This document shows positions 12,126 to 23,992 of a DNA stretch of 64,000 bases, one piece after another (position 1 is the stretch's first letter; each line of letters starts with the position of its first letter). The DNA comes from Vicugna vicugna (Eukaryota). Made by a program: the position numbers and the translations under genes. Location of the stretch: the NCBI GenBank assembly GCA_013265495.1, contig MU057651.1, positions 1,685,674-1,749,673 on the forward strand, given 5' to 3'. The notes under the pieces were generated by a model. It saw only the letters and a list, made by a program, of their open reading frames with translations. It was not told where the DNA came from and ran no database searches.

Positions 12126-12555
12126 AGAAGAGAGAGAGAGGGGCTTTGGGAAAAATGCCGAAACCTTTCTTCAGTGTTTTCCTAACACTGTCCCCGCCAT
12201 GGAGAAGGCAATATAAAGGATTTACTTGAAGAGTCAGCATAAAGTTCTATTAGAAAAGTTTGTCCCCCCAAATCCATGCATAATTCATTCTTTGTTTTCA
12301 AGATCAGGGCACAATCACAACTGTAATCTAAATTGTTTTCCGTGTTAGTGCATCATTACAATTGTAGCCTAAATTGTGTACTTCTGCGTTTCAAAACAGA
12401 GTCCTAAGCCGATTCGTGTCACGGGACCTCCTTTAAGAAGGTGCCTTTCTGTGCCCTTTTCCCCGTGTAATGACACTCGGGAAAAACCGAACAATTATTA
12501 TTCAGCAGGAGTGACGGTGAGATTGTTTTTGTCAAACGGCGTTCCTTCCCTTTAG

Positions 12556-12646
12556 GGAGCCCTGAGGGACAGATTTCAAAGGAGCTTTGTAGAGAGCCAG
12601 CTGCACGTCGATGTGGACAAACTGACGGAGGAGCTGCGGGCGTTGG
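12556..12646 (+). CDS. ABCA13: ABCA13 exon (6); [30 protein letters not shown]
   Basis: ttccctttag|GGA ... TTGG|gtgagt; 91 nt, phase 0/1. Confidence 0.9.
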
Positions 12647-13169
12647 GTGAGTGCGGTGGGCGGCGGGCTCCGGCGGGGGCCGCCCTCGGGCCGCGCAGTC
12701 TGGGGGCGGCGCTCGCCCGCCGGACCCTCTCCTGGTTTCTGGTGTCCCGTCTGTAGAATGAAGGGCTCGGATTGAGAGCGCTCCAGGGTTTGTTCGTAAG
12801 CGAGGTTTTCTGATTGGCTGGTTCAGGGCTGGTTACAAAGGAACATTTCTGATGCAAATAGAAGACGGTGGGTTCCAACGGGAGTTTGTAAAAGGAACGG
12901 CTATTTATGGCAGGTTCCCCTTTCCTAGGCGTTCCTCGTCCCTTGTTTTCCGGTGTGACATCGGCCCCCAGTGGGCCAACACCCCCCCTTCCTGGGGTCC
13001 TTCGTCCAGGCTTCCTGCCGGCTCAGCCCGGCTGGTCCCCCTCTGCGTGCAGACGTGTCCCTGGGGAGCCCTCTTCTCCGTCCGCCCAGGTCGGAGGCCG
13101 CCTCTCCTGCCTCTGCGTCCCCCACCCCCGTGTTTGTTTTATTAGCATGTTTTGCTGCCTCGTACCCCC

Positions 13170-14000
13170 AGTTACCCTGAAAAGGGGGGCACGAGAGGAA
13201 ACCTCCCTGAGGAGCTTTGCTTGGTGAATTCGCTCTCGTGTCTGAAGGGTCTGTGAAAACCCTCCCTGATGTTCTTGATAATCTTCATTTGTGTCTTTCT
13301 CTCTCTCTTTTTCCTTTTTCCTTTTCTCCGTCTTGTCCAAGGGTCACCAGTTTTGTCACTTCTTCTCAGATAAACAAATGCTTGTTGATTCTCTGTGTTT
13401 CATGTCTGTTTGCTGTTTCATTGGTTTCTGTTTTTCTGCTTTATTGGTTCTGTCCTTTAGTTTATCACCCTCCCTACCTTTTTTTTTTTTTTTGGCAAGT
13501 TCTTGAGACAGACACTCAGATCTTTGGTTTCTACCTTTTCTTCTTTTCTCATATATTTATTTTATATTTTTATGCTCACATTTATTTTGACTCTACGTTT
13601 CCCTCTGGGCATTTCCTGAACTGCATCGCAGGAGTTTCTGATGGGTTCTGTTTCCATTCCCATTCAGTGAAGGGCAGGTATTTTTTTGTTCTTGGCTGAG
13701 TTGAAAGTTTAGAGCTTACTTTAAAGGTCTTTGGGGTTTTCTGTCTTCCTCCGTGTTGCTGATTCCTCGCGTCACGTCACAGTGGGCCGGAGAGTGGACT
13801 GTCAGCACGGCTCTGTTGTTTGAAGTTGGCAGCCTTGCTGCACGCCCCTCCCGCGTGGTCAGTGGTGCCTCCTGGGTGCCGTGGTCCCGCCACGGGCGGG
13901 TGCGGTCCTGCGCATCCTCGCTGATCTTTGTTCACTTGTTCTGTCTGCTGTGAAGAGCCGTGGGTTTATATGGCCTGGCGTGATTCTCGCTAAGTTCTGT
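13170..14000 (-). mobile_element. Old, degraded L1M-like region
   Basis: T-rich plus strand with L1-like antisense phrases; no intact frame. Confidence 0.35.
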
Positions 14001-14932
14001 CATTTCAGGCTTTGTGTATTTTAAGGCGTATTTTATTTGCTACTGAGAACGTGGTGGTGGGGACTGCAGCCTGTGACCCTGGGCTGTGTGCATCACTGCC
14101 GCCCAGCTCCTCCCTCACTGTGGGGACGCTGGGACTCGAGCCACCCTGGGGGGTCCGAGGGCATCTCCTGCTGGGGGATCCCCGCCATCCACAAAGTCCC
14201 AGACCTTTTGGGCTGGAGTCACTGTCCCCCCTCAGCCGAGGTCTGCGGTCCCTCCCACACCGCCCTCCTTGGGGTCCTTCAGTTTTTCCATGACTCTCCC
14301 TCCTGCGACCCAGCTCCTTCCTGAAACCAGAGCAAAAATTCCGAGCCCTCCCCGGTGTTTCGACCTGGAAGATGTGTGATGTTCCATCTGCCCAGTCCAA
14401 GAGGCTGCCAACTTTTATCTCCCATTTGATGTCCACTTCAGAGGCACTGACCGGGACCCCGAGGGCAGCAGGCTTGGGTTTCAACACTCCTGGAGAATTG
14501 TTTGCACAAAATTCGTGTCCTAAAATGAGTGGCTTCCACCGGAGGCCCGCTGCTTCAGCGAAGGCAGGGTTTTAGAGCACGTCTCCAGCCAGCTCTCGGT
14601 TCTGGGACTCACGCCCTTTCCCTCTGTGATTTACTCTGCCCCCTCCCTCTGTCCGGCTTCCCTGCAGGCTTCAGCCTCAGCTCTGTGATGTAACCCTTTT
14701 CTTCCCACTGACACGGAAGTCTAAGAGGGAAGGTATAGGAAAAGCAGAGTTTGCGCTCAGCAAATAAGTAGCCAATCCTGCGTCTGGACAAAGCTGGACG
14801 CTGCTGAGTCACGTGTCCCTGGTGGGCGTCGGATGCACGCTCCCCCATGTGTGCACAGCCTCCGCCTGGGGGTCGGCGGGCCCAGGCCTGGGCCCAGAGC
14901 GCAGTCCACGTCCCGCTTTCTGCTCTCCGCAG

Positions 14933-15109
14933 GACGCAAGGTGGACGCGATGCTGGGCCACGCGGGCGCTGGCCGCGTCCGCTTCCTGGGCCGGGTGCTG
15001 GTCAACCTGTCTTCCTGTGTGGCCCTGAGCCGCTTCCAGGCCCTGGACTCTGTCCCCGCCCTGGAGTCGAAGGCACAGGAGCTGATGCAGCGGAACGATT
15101 TCTTGGCCA
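14933..15109 (+). CDS. ABCA13: ABCA13 exon (7); RKVDAMLGHAGAGRVRFLGRVLVNLSSCVALSRFQAL...NDFLA
   Basis: ctctccgcag|GA ... GCCA|gtaagt; 177 nt, phase 1/1. Confidence 0.93.
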
Positions 15110-15141
15110 GTAAGTGTTCAATGAAAACGTATGCTTGTCGA

Positions 15142-15245
15142 GGGGAGGGTGTCGCTCGGGGGCGCAACACGGGGTCCTGGGTTCCATCCCCAGCACCGCC
15201 ATTAAATAAACAAATAAAGCCAACCTAATTACCCTCCCCCCCAAA
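15142..15245 (+). mobile_element. Vic-1-like SINE, internally deleted, 32 nt downstream of an exon donor
   Basis: GGGGAGGGTGTCGCTC...GTCCTGGGTTCCATCCCCAGC...CCTAATTACCC. Confidence 0.78.
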
Positions 15246-15509
15246 TATGCTGATAAGAGCACCAGCCGAACAGGTTGTCATTTTGCATCTCTCTCCCCAA
15301 ATGGCTCAGAAAGGAAAGGAGGCCTTCCCAGAGAAAATAAAATAAAGTAGAACCGATCACACTGAGTCGCTGGAAAGATGGGTCTGGTGCGTGGCTGGTG
15401 GCGTTTCCTCCAGCCGAGGCCCAGCGCGGTTCCCTGCACCTGCCTTCACTGGTGGTTGGGGCTGGTTTACCAGCTCGGGGGTCACGTCTCACGTGACGAA
15501 AGGCAGTTT

Positions 15510-16172
15510 TCTTTTCTCCCTGTCTTTCTTTCTTTTCTTTCTCTCTCTTCCTTCCTTCCTTTGTTTCTTCCTTCCCTCCTTCTTCCTTCTTTCCTTCCTT
15601 TTTTAATTGAAGTATGGCCAGTTTACGATGTTGTGTCAGTTTCTGGTGTCCAGCGTAAGAGTTCAGTCATACATACACGCACATATATTCATTTTCATAT
15701 TCTTTTTCCCTGTAGGTTATTACAAGATACTGACTAGAGTTCCCTGTGCTGTACAGTAGGACCTTGCTGTTTACCGATTTTTATATATAGTAGTTTGTAT
15801 CTGCTAATCTCGAACTCCCAATTTATCCCTTCCCACCCCCTTCCCTCCCTGGTAACCATGTTTGTTTTCCATCTGTGAGTCTGTTTCTGTTTTGTAAATA
15901 AGTTCATTTGTGTCCTTTGTTTAGATTCCACACATGAGCGACCTCACATGGTACTTTTCTTTCTCTTTCTGGCTCACCTCACTTAGTATGACCATTTCCA
16001 GGTCCATCCACGTTGCTGCCAGTGGCATGATTTCATTATTTTTCATGGCTGAGTAGTATTCCACTGTATAAATATACATCTTCTTTATCCAGTCATCTGT
16101 TGATGGACATTTAGATGCTTCCATGTTGTCACTGTTGTAAATAGTGCTGCTGTGAACATTGGGGTGCAGGTG
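15510..16172 (-). mobile_element. LINE-1 3' end with TTCC-type tail
   Basis: Minus-strand peptide KCPSTDDWIKKM...YYSAMKNNEIMPLAATWMDLEMVILSEVSQ (L1 ORF2 end), followed by the 3'UTR. Confidence 0.9.
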
Positions 16173-16229
16173 TCAGATATTTTTCTTGATTAAAGCTATA
16201 CTCTGATTTCTCTCATTCCCTTTATTTTT

Positions 16230-16340
16230 TTCCTTCCTTCCTTCCTTGCTTCCTTCCCTCCTTCCTTTCTCAGGACTGAACCCAGGACCTCATGCAAGCC
16301 AAGCACACACTGTACCTCTGAGCTACACCCTCCCCTCCTC
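16230..16340 (-). mobile_element. Vic-1-like SINE
   Basis: GAACCCAGGACCTCATGC...CTGAGCTACACCCTCCCC. Confidence 0.75.
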
Positions 16341-16499
16341 TCCCCTTTATTTGTGTCATGATGTCTTGAGATCCTGGGGGTCCGGGGAGAAAAGACAGTG
16401 GCCAGTTCAACACTACTGATTCATTGTTCACGTGTTCAGCATAAATATCATGTGTTCTCATATTACTTTTGACTAAACTGAGAGTGACTTTCCTTTGAC

Positions 16500-17355
16500 T
16501 TTATTAGTTTGCTGAGGCCGCTGTAACCAACCAGCACAGACTGGGTGGCTTAGTGCAGATCTGCTTTCTCACAGTTCCCGAGTCCAGACACCCAAGACAG
16601 GGCCCACAGGCCTGGGTCCCCATGGGGCCCCCCTCCTTGGCGTGTCAAGGGCTGTCTCCCCTGGGCCTCTTCTCATCTTCCTCCTTCTGCACAAAGTCTT
16701 TGTCCAGTTTCCCCTTCTTGTGAGCACACTGCTCATCCTGGATTACAGCACATCCTCACCTGGTTACCACCATTAAGACTCAATCTAGCCATAACGAAGA
16801 ATAAAATCGTGCTATCTGCAGCAACATGGGTGGGCCTGGAGATCGTCATTCTAAGTGAAGTCAGCCAGAGAGAGAAAGAAAAATGCCATATGAGATCGCT
16901 CATATGTGGAATTTAAAAAAAAACAACAACAAATGAACTTACTTACAAAACAGAAACAGAGTCACAGACGTAGAAAACAAACTTATGGTTATGAGGTGGG
17001 GGAAGGTGGGTGGGAAGGGATAAACTGGCAGTTCTAGATTTGCAAATGTTAGCCATTATGTATAAAAGTAGATTAAAAAATCGAATTTCTTCTGTACAGC
17101 ACTGGGAACTATATTCAATATCTTGTAATAACCTTTAATGAAAAGGAATATGAAAATGAATATTTATATATACATATATGTATATAAATATGTATGACTG
17201 GGACATGGTGCTGTGCACCACAGATTGACACATTGTAACTGACTATCCTTCAATTTTAAAAAAAAAGGCTCAATCTCCACATAAGGTCTCATTGCGAAGT
17301 ACTGCGGGTTACAACCTGACTGTATGAATTTCGGGAGGGCATCATTCAGCCCATA
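16500..17355. mobile_element. MLT1-like MaLR LTR split by an L1 insertion
   Basis: TATTAGTTTGCTGAGGCCGCTGTAAC...CAGACTGGGTGGCTTAG start and ATTCAGCCCATAA end, interrupted at about 16787-17264. Confidence 0.65.
16787..17264 (+). mobile_element. LINE-1 3' end with TSD
   Basis: GCAGCAACATGG...ATTCTAAGTGAAGTCAGCCAG...poly-A; TSD AAG(A/G)CTCAATCT at 16775-16786 and 17265-17276. Confidence 0.88.
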
Positions 17356-17750
17356 AGGGGCTTTATAATATGAAGTTCAAACAGTTCCTGTGTCCGAACA
17401 CAGAATGCAGAGACATCGCTGGTGAGGCTGGGGCTGAAACCCCAGGGAAGGAAGGCCTGACAATGTGAGCAGCCTCCGGTCATTTTTTCAAGTCCTGCAG
17501 AAATGCAAAGCAAGCCGTTTCTCTGTATTAATGGTTCTAGGAAAGTAAAACTGGAGGTTTTTTAATTTTAGGAGGGGACTAGGAATTACCGCCGGTGGCT
17601 CGTGCAACCTGGAAAGTCAGCTCTGCGCCCGTGGGGCGCGGTCCCGTTAGCGATGGAGACCGAGCCGGTTGGTCCAGTCGGATGCGGGCTGAGCTGCTGG
17701 GAGCTGCTCCCAGGCTGCGATGACCCTCAGCCTCTCCTGTCTGGCTTTAG

Positions 17751-18057
17751 GCGTCATATTCAACACTTCCGGACCCGGTAGGAACCTCAGCTCGGGGTCC
17801 CTCCAGCTGCCGCCCCACGTCACCTACACCATCCGCACCAGTGTCCTGTACAGCATGAGAACGGACCTGGTGACAAACCCCTCCTGGAAGTTCCATCCTC
17901 AGAGCCTGCCGGCCGACGGGTTCAAATATAACTACGTCTTCGTCCCGTTGCAAGACATGATCGATAGAGCCATCATTTCGGTGCAGACCGGGCGGGACGC
18001 CCTGGAGCCGGGCACGCAGGCGCAGGCCATGCCCTACCCGTGTCACTCCAGCGACCT
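17751..18057 (+). CDS. ABCA13: ABCA13 exon (8), end of ECD1; VIFNTS...[11 protein letters not shown]...[19 protein letters not shown]...MPYPCHSSD
   Basis: ggctttag|GC ... GACCT|gtgagt; 307 nt, phase 1/2; ABCA motifs LPPHVxYxIR, LQDMIxRAII and PYPC. Confidence 0.96.
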
Positions 18058-18217
18058 GTGAGTATCAGGGCTCGGAGCCCAGCTTCCCGCGGGGCCCCGG
18101 CCAGGGAGGTGGGCGCCGCGTTCGGAAACCTGAGTCGAGACAAATCGTGGAGCTTGTCTGCAGTCATCCCACCAAAGAGCATTCGGGGAAAATCCATTCT
18201 CCTTTGTAATTGCCTGA

Positions 18218-18242
18218 GTTTCTTTTCTTTCTTTCCTTCTTT

Positions 18243-18278
<36 letters not shown>

Positions 18279-18623
18279 TCATGGGGAAAATCCATTCTCC
18301 TTTGTAATTGCCTGAGTTTCTTTTCCTTCTTTCCTTCTTTCCTTCTTTCCTTCTTTCCTTCCTTCCTTCCTTCCTTCTTTCTTTCTTTCTTTCTTTTCTT
18401 TCTTTCTTCCTTCCTTCCTTCCTTCCTTCCTTCCGTCTGTCTTTCTTTCTTTCTCTCTTTCTTTCCTTTCTTTCTTTCCTTCTTTCTTTCTTTTTCTTTC
18501 CTTCTTTCTTTCTCTTTCTTTCTTTCTCTCTCTTTTTCTCTCCCTTTCTTTCTTTCTTTTCTTTTCTTTTCCTTCCTTCCTTCCTTCCTTCCTTCCTTCC
18601 TTCCTTCCTTCCTTCCTTCCTTC

Positions 18624-18683
<60 letters not shown>

Positions 18684-18710
18684 TTTCCTCTTTTTCTTTC
18701 TTTTGTTTTG
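18218..18710. repeat. (TTTC)n/(TTCC)n polypyrimidine microsatellite
   Basis: Directly visible; interrupted by a 43-bp duplicated unique segment. Confidence 0.97.
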
Positions 18711-21700
18711 TTGGTCTGCTGGAGCTCTGCAGATAGAGGCATGATTACCGAGATAACGTGATCCAGTGAGCTTTACATTTGGCTCCAGGCATCTGGAGCT
18801 TTCAAGACCCTGCAGGGTAAATTTGGTGAATAGCGTTCACGGGCTTTGCCTGTCTGACCCCGGAAACCGGACGCTGACTTCCTCTTCAGCACAGAGCCTT
18901 AAAAAATTGGCGTGTGTCCCCCACCCACCTGTGGGTGGAGGAGGGTGCGCGGAAGCCTGGGACGGTGGCTTAGGTGAGATCAGCTGAGAACACTTCTGAT
19001 TGAACAGTGAGATTTGGCTGGTGACATCTTGCGGGGAGAGAGACAGGAAGGACAGTTGGAGCAGCTGGACTTGGAGGCAGTGGAGGGGGCGGCGGGAATG
19101 CCAGGCGGTGGGGAGGGGGACTTGGAACAGGGGACTGGAGGGAGCGGTTCCTTGGGTCGTGCACCCTTGAGCCGGGGTCGGGGGTGATGAAAGGGCTTGG
19201 CACCGAGCGAGCATCTCCTCCCACGTCTGGACCGGAGGACCCAGGCTGGAGGTCGTTTTGCATCCTTCTCCTTCTCTCTGGAAAGCTCACTCAGAAGCAA
19301 GGGGCTGAGGCGAGGGATTCAGAGGGACCACCTTGAATGTGGTGGTTGTGCGAGCAGGGGGCAGACCCCGTCCATCAGTGGGCCGCTGCGCAGAAGCCAG
19401 GCCTAGGCCTGCCCGTCCGGGGGCTGGGGGCCACCTCGCGGGACAGGCGCCTCTCCCCTGACACGCCTTCCCCCTCGGAGCACAGCCGTGTGTCTCGGGT
19501 GAACAGGAGGGTGGAGTCGCAGGAGAACCTTCCCACGGCGGTGGGATCAGGGGCTGACCCCGCCTGGCGGTGCCAGCTCGGGGGGTCGTAGTGTGGTCCA
19601 GGGGAAGGAAGGTCGGGAAGGGAGGGGCCCGAGAGCCATTTTAACCAGGGACCCCCTTGTCACTCCAGTCATTGGCAGTCTCTTCACTTGCTTCTTGGTG
19701 GAATGAAAGCTCTTCTTCTTTTCCAAAGCGGTGACATCTTTGGCTTTGGGCGTTTTCAGCCAGTGCGCTCTGCTCGAAAGCGTCTTTCTCAGAGAGGACA
19801 GTGCAGAGAGCAGACCAGACCCTGGGGCTCTGTGAGAATAAATGGCCTGTTTTAGGTTCTCCGAGAAGTCATGTTTTTATGCTGCTGTGCTTTTTAGGAG
19901 AATCGCAGGAGAATCCTATTCTGGAAAACACTTTCTGTCTCCGGAGTGTATGAGTGCTTCAAGCTCCCGGCGAGGGGGCGGAGGGGGTCCTTTCAGAATT
20001 CAGACCTGGGATCCCGAAGCAGGGGGATGAGGAAGCTGCCCTGGGCTCCAGGTTTGCCGCTTGCTTGGCTCAGGACCTTGGACCGGCGATGCTGTGCTTC
20101 ACCGCTGGGGATGCTGAGGGCTGACCGGCCCACCTCCCCGGCTGACAAACCCCAGTCCTGGGCAGGGGCGGGGGCCAGGGCAGGCCTGCCAGCGGCGGCT
20201 ACTCCGGGCAGCGCGCAGCGTCAGGACGCACCTTCCACGTTGGCTGTTCGGAGCCAACGCATGAGTGATGCTCGCGGGGGTGGTCTGTCTGGAGAAGTGC
20301 GCGAGCGCACAGCATCCTCCCCGCGCTGACCTTTCCACGTGAGTCAGCAAACTGGGAACAGAAAACTGAGGAGTGAGATCCAGTTCCCCTCCCTCGAGGG
20401 TCAGGGAAGCAGGAACACTTCTGTGCATGTGCCCCTGACGTGGCCCCAGCTCCTGCCGCATCCAGGTCACTACTCAGAAGGGACCCCAGCATGCTGAGCT
20501 GGGGAGGGCAGGGGGGCGAGGACTGAGCGCAGCCGCTGGCCCCGCATTGCTGAAGGAGGAGGGAGGGTGGAGGGAGGAGGGCAGGCAGCCGGGCCGCGGG
20601 CAGAGCCGGGGGAGCCTTGGTGAGCGGGGCTGGGGGTGGACCCCCTCCACCGGGGCCGAAGCCCTGCACCCTGAGATACGGAAACAAAAGCGAATTTCCC
20701 TGCGTGGTTCCTCCCATGTCTGCCGTGTCGTTGGGGGTCGGCACGCCCATCCTGTTCTTGTCCTTGAACTCCCGGGATGGGGCCGTCACAGGCGAGCCAC
20801 AGAGAAGGCGCTGTGGGCCGGGAGTCTTTGAAAAGCAAATCAAGGACTTGCCGCCTTCACGCAGAGACGTGGTGACAATTAAACTGTTGGTGAGGATCCG
20901 AGTGTGCTTTCAAAAAGGATTCAATCAACGAGGACGTTTGATTTCCTAGTTTCAAAGTTTATTGACAGGCTTTTGTTCGGGTTCCAGAGTAGGGGGAAAC
21001 CCAGGCAAGTGTCTGGAACATGAAAAACCTCTCTTGGTGCCCACGTGGGGTCATGGCTTTCTTGTTCTGCTATTTTTTTTTTTATTTCCGAAGAACCGTA
21101 TTTGGTCTTCATCGCATCTCTTGTTCTAACTTGTCGTTTTATTTTTATTCCTCCTGTGCTTTTACGTACCTTCAACGTTTGATGCTATTTCTCTGATACT
21201 GGAGAGCGGTGTTTTTGATTGATTATGGTTACTGTTTTAATTTCTTTAATTTACGTGGTCGCCTAAGGCGGTGACTTTTCTTTCAGCCGCTGCTGGACAT
21301 ACGTCCTGTAGATCTGATATCTGGCTAAAAATTCATTGTTTTGTAGATACTTTCCATGTGGGTTTCTGTCTTCTTGTCCCAAGAGCCACTGAAGTAAAGT
21401 TTCTTTGAATTTCCAAGTGGAAGTGCTCAGGAATCTTAAGCACACGATGTTACTCAGCTTGACTTACTTAAAAATTCCATTCCTTTCTTGGGAGCGTGTG
21501 TGTCTGTTGTGAAGCGGACGCAGTGTCGCTTGCGTGAAAATTTAGAGCAACCACTTGTAAGTGTATATGATTCGTTTTTTTACCAAAGAGCATTCTGTGT
21601 TTATGTCAGCTCCCCTGTCTGTTTCATGCAGGATTTTTATGTTTATGAAGCAATAAAAGAAAGAGCTAAATGAAAAAAAATTCAAAATTAAAACAATTCT

Positions 21701-22527
21701 GTGGTAGCATTTGAAAAAAACCCAGATGGGCAAAATCCAAAAATTGCACGATACGCTAAACGCCCAGATCCTGTCTGATAAAACGACTTGCCCCTTTGGT
21801 GGGTCCCAGGGATGAATCGGGTGATCAGTGTGTGGGCTTGAAGGTCGGAGATGCAGACGAGGTGAGAGGACAGAGCCCCGGGGTTGGGGTGAGGATACCC
21901 ACATGTCAAGGATCAGGGACGGAGAACCTTCTGGTGATGGAGACTTGGACAGGTGCCAGGAAGCCAAGAGCTGTTCTGGGAGCTGAAGGAGCGAGGGAAG
22001 GAGGGGAAATGAGGGCCATGTCGTCAGCCGCGGCTGGGACGTCGAGGAGGACAGCGCGGGGAGCGTTCCCACTGGAGCCACTGGCGATGGGACACCAGTC
22101 GTTTCGAGCATGCAGCGGAGAGGGAAGCCCAGTGAGGGTGGGTGGAAGAGTGAGCTGGGGAAGTCACTGGGCGATAGAAAGAGAACGTGCCAGTGGCCGG
22201 CTTTCATCCATGTTTCAGGCAGTGATCCATGGTCCACTGCTGTCATTGCTTGAAGACAGATAATGGTCCCCAGTCAGTGGGCGGAGGGGTGGGGACAGTG
22301 GTCCTGAGTTAGCGACCGTTTCCTCCCGCCACCTGCTCCGTCTGGGAGGGCTCGGGGGACCTGAGCCAGTTTTGTCCTTCGTGAGTCTGCGCACCTGTGA
22401 AGTCAGGGCGCCAGCCAAGCCGCGGGCCTGCTGAGAGGGTCCAGCGAGAGACCTTTTGTGGAGGTGCTTCTAGGGCAGCGGAAACAGCGCCCTCGGGTGC
22501 GGGACCTACCACACGTATCTCTTCTTT

Positions 22528-22690
22528 CCTTTTTTTAATTTGAGTGCCACCAGTTACGATGTGTCCGTTCCTGGCGCACGGCACCATGTCCCAGTCCTGC
22601 AGATACATTAGTATCTTCATTTTCATTAAAGGTTATTGCAAAAAGTTGAATATAGTTCCCTGTGTTCTGCAGAAGACATTTTTTTTTTTT
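22528..22690 (-). mobile_element. LINE-1 3'UTR fragment
   Basis: GGTTATTGCAAAAAGTTGAATATAGTTCCCTGTG matches other L1 copies in the window. Confidence 0.7.
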
Positions 22691-22753
22691 TTATCATCTG
22701 TATCTCTTGAGTAGAATAGGATTCTGACTGAGTGGTTCCCTGACAGGTTCTTC

Positions 22754-22882
22754 TTTTTTTTTATTTTTTTGGTCGGGAGAAGGTAATTCAGTGATTGATT
22801 GATTAAATGGAGGTCCTGGGGCTTGAACCCAGGGTCTTGTGCGCGCTCAGCACGTGCTCTGCCGCTGAGCTACACCCTCCCC
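22754..22882 (-). mobile_element. Vic-1-like SINE abutting an ABCA13 splice acceptor
   Basis: T tail ...GAACCCAGGGTCTTGTGCGCGCTCAGCACG...CTGAGCTACACCCTCCCC, ending 12 nt before the exon at 22895. Confidence 0.88.
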
Positions 22883-22894
22883 GCTTCCTTCCAG

Positions 22895-23009
22895 ATTCTT
22901 GAACAACGTGGGCTTCTTTTTCCCCCTGATCATGATGCTGACGTGGATGGTGTCCGTGGCCAGCGTGGTCCGGAAGCTGGTTTACGAGCGGGAGGTCCAG
23001 CTGGAGGAG
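22895..23009 (+). CDS. ABCA13: ABCA13 exon (9), TM2; [38 protein letters not shown]
   Basis: cttccag|A ... GAGGAG|gtaaat; 115 nt, phase 2/0. Confidence 0.95.
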
Positions 23010-23609
23010 GTAAATGCCTGAGAGCTGGCCTGGGAGATGGGGGGCGGCGGCGGGCGGTGGGGGGACTGGGACTTCTGTAACTGACCCCCGAGTCGATTCT
23101 GTCCTCGGCTGGGGCTCCCCCATCCCAGGAGACTCGCTTCACACTGAAGCCCAGAGCCCTGCCGGAGTTTCACGGGTGTTTCCTGTCGAGATGAAAGGAG
23201 GCTGAAGGGCAGGCACTTGGTGTTGGAAGGAGGAAAGCAGCCGTTTTTCTCCAACCCAGAGAGACGGGACAGAATTCCGGTCTTAATTTCTGGCTGGGCT
23301 GCTTGACGGTCATCCTGGCTATGTTTGACCTAATATTGTTCAGACTTGAAATTACCCAAAATGCTTTTAAGAGCGAAAGTTCACTAAGGCATTTTTAAAT
23401 GTTTTTGGTGGCGTATTTGGTGTGGGTGTTGAGGTGAGTGAGTTTGGAAGTGTTTCCTCCTGTTCAACCGTAAAGGCATCTGGCTGAGACCTGCCTCGCC
23501 TTCCAGCCGCGCAGACCAGAGAGGCCACGGGGCCGTGGGCGCACCTTGTCCACCGACTTACTTACCAAAAAAAGGGAAAGTGTAGCGAGGATGTGTGCTT
23601 CTTGTTCAC

Positions 23610-23992
23610 TTTTTTTTTTTTTTGTAATTGCAGTACAGTCGGTTTACGGTGCTGTGTGAGTTTCTGGTGTCCAGCACCGTGACTCAGTTATACATACGTG
23701 TGTGTCCTTTTCCATTATAGGTTATTGCAAGGTGTTGCATACAGTTTCCCGTGCTGTGCAGTAGGGCCTTGCTGTTCGTCTATTTTTAAGTACAGTACTG
23801 TGTATCTGCCCATCCCGAGCTCCCAATTTACCCCTTCACCCTCCCCGCTTCCCCCTGGAAAACCAGTGTGGCACAGAGACAGACATATGGCCCAGTGGGT
23901 CAGAACAGAGAGCCTGGAAATAAACCCACACACCTACGGTCAGCTAATCTTCGACAGAGGCGGCAAGAATGTGCAACGGGGAAGAGACAGTC
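23610..23992. mobile_element. LINE-1 3'UTR (minus strand) joined to an inverted ORF2 fragment (plus strand)
   Basis: Minus-strand 3'UTR to about 23858, then plus-strand [34 protein letters not shown] (L1 ORF2). Confidence 0.8.

Noticed and set aside
18164..18761. Lys/Glu/Arg-rich and Phe/Ser/Leu-rich ORFs
   Set aside because: They are translations of the TTTC/TTCC microsatellite
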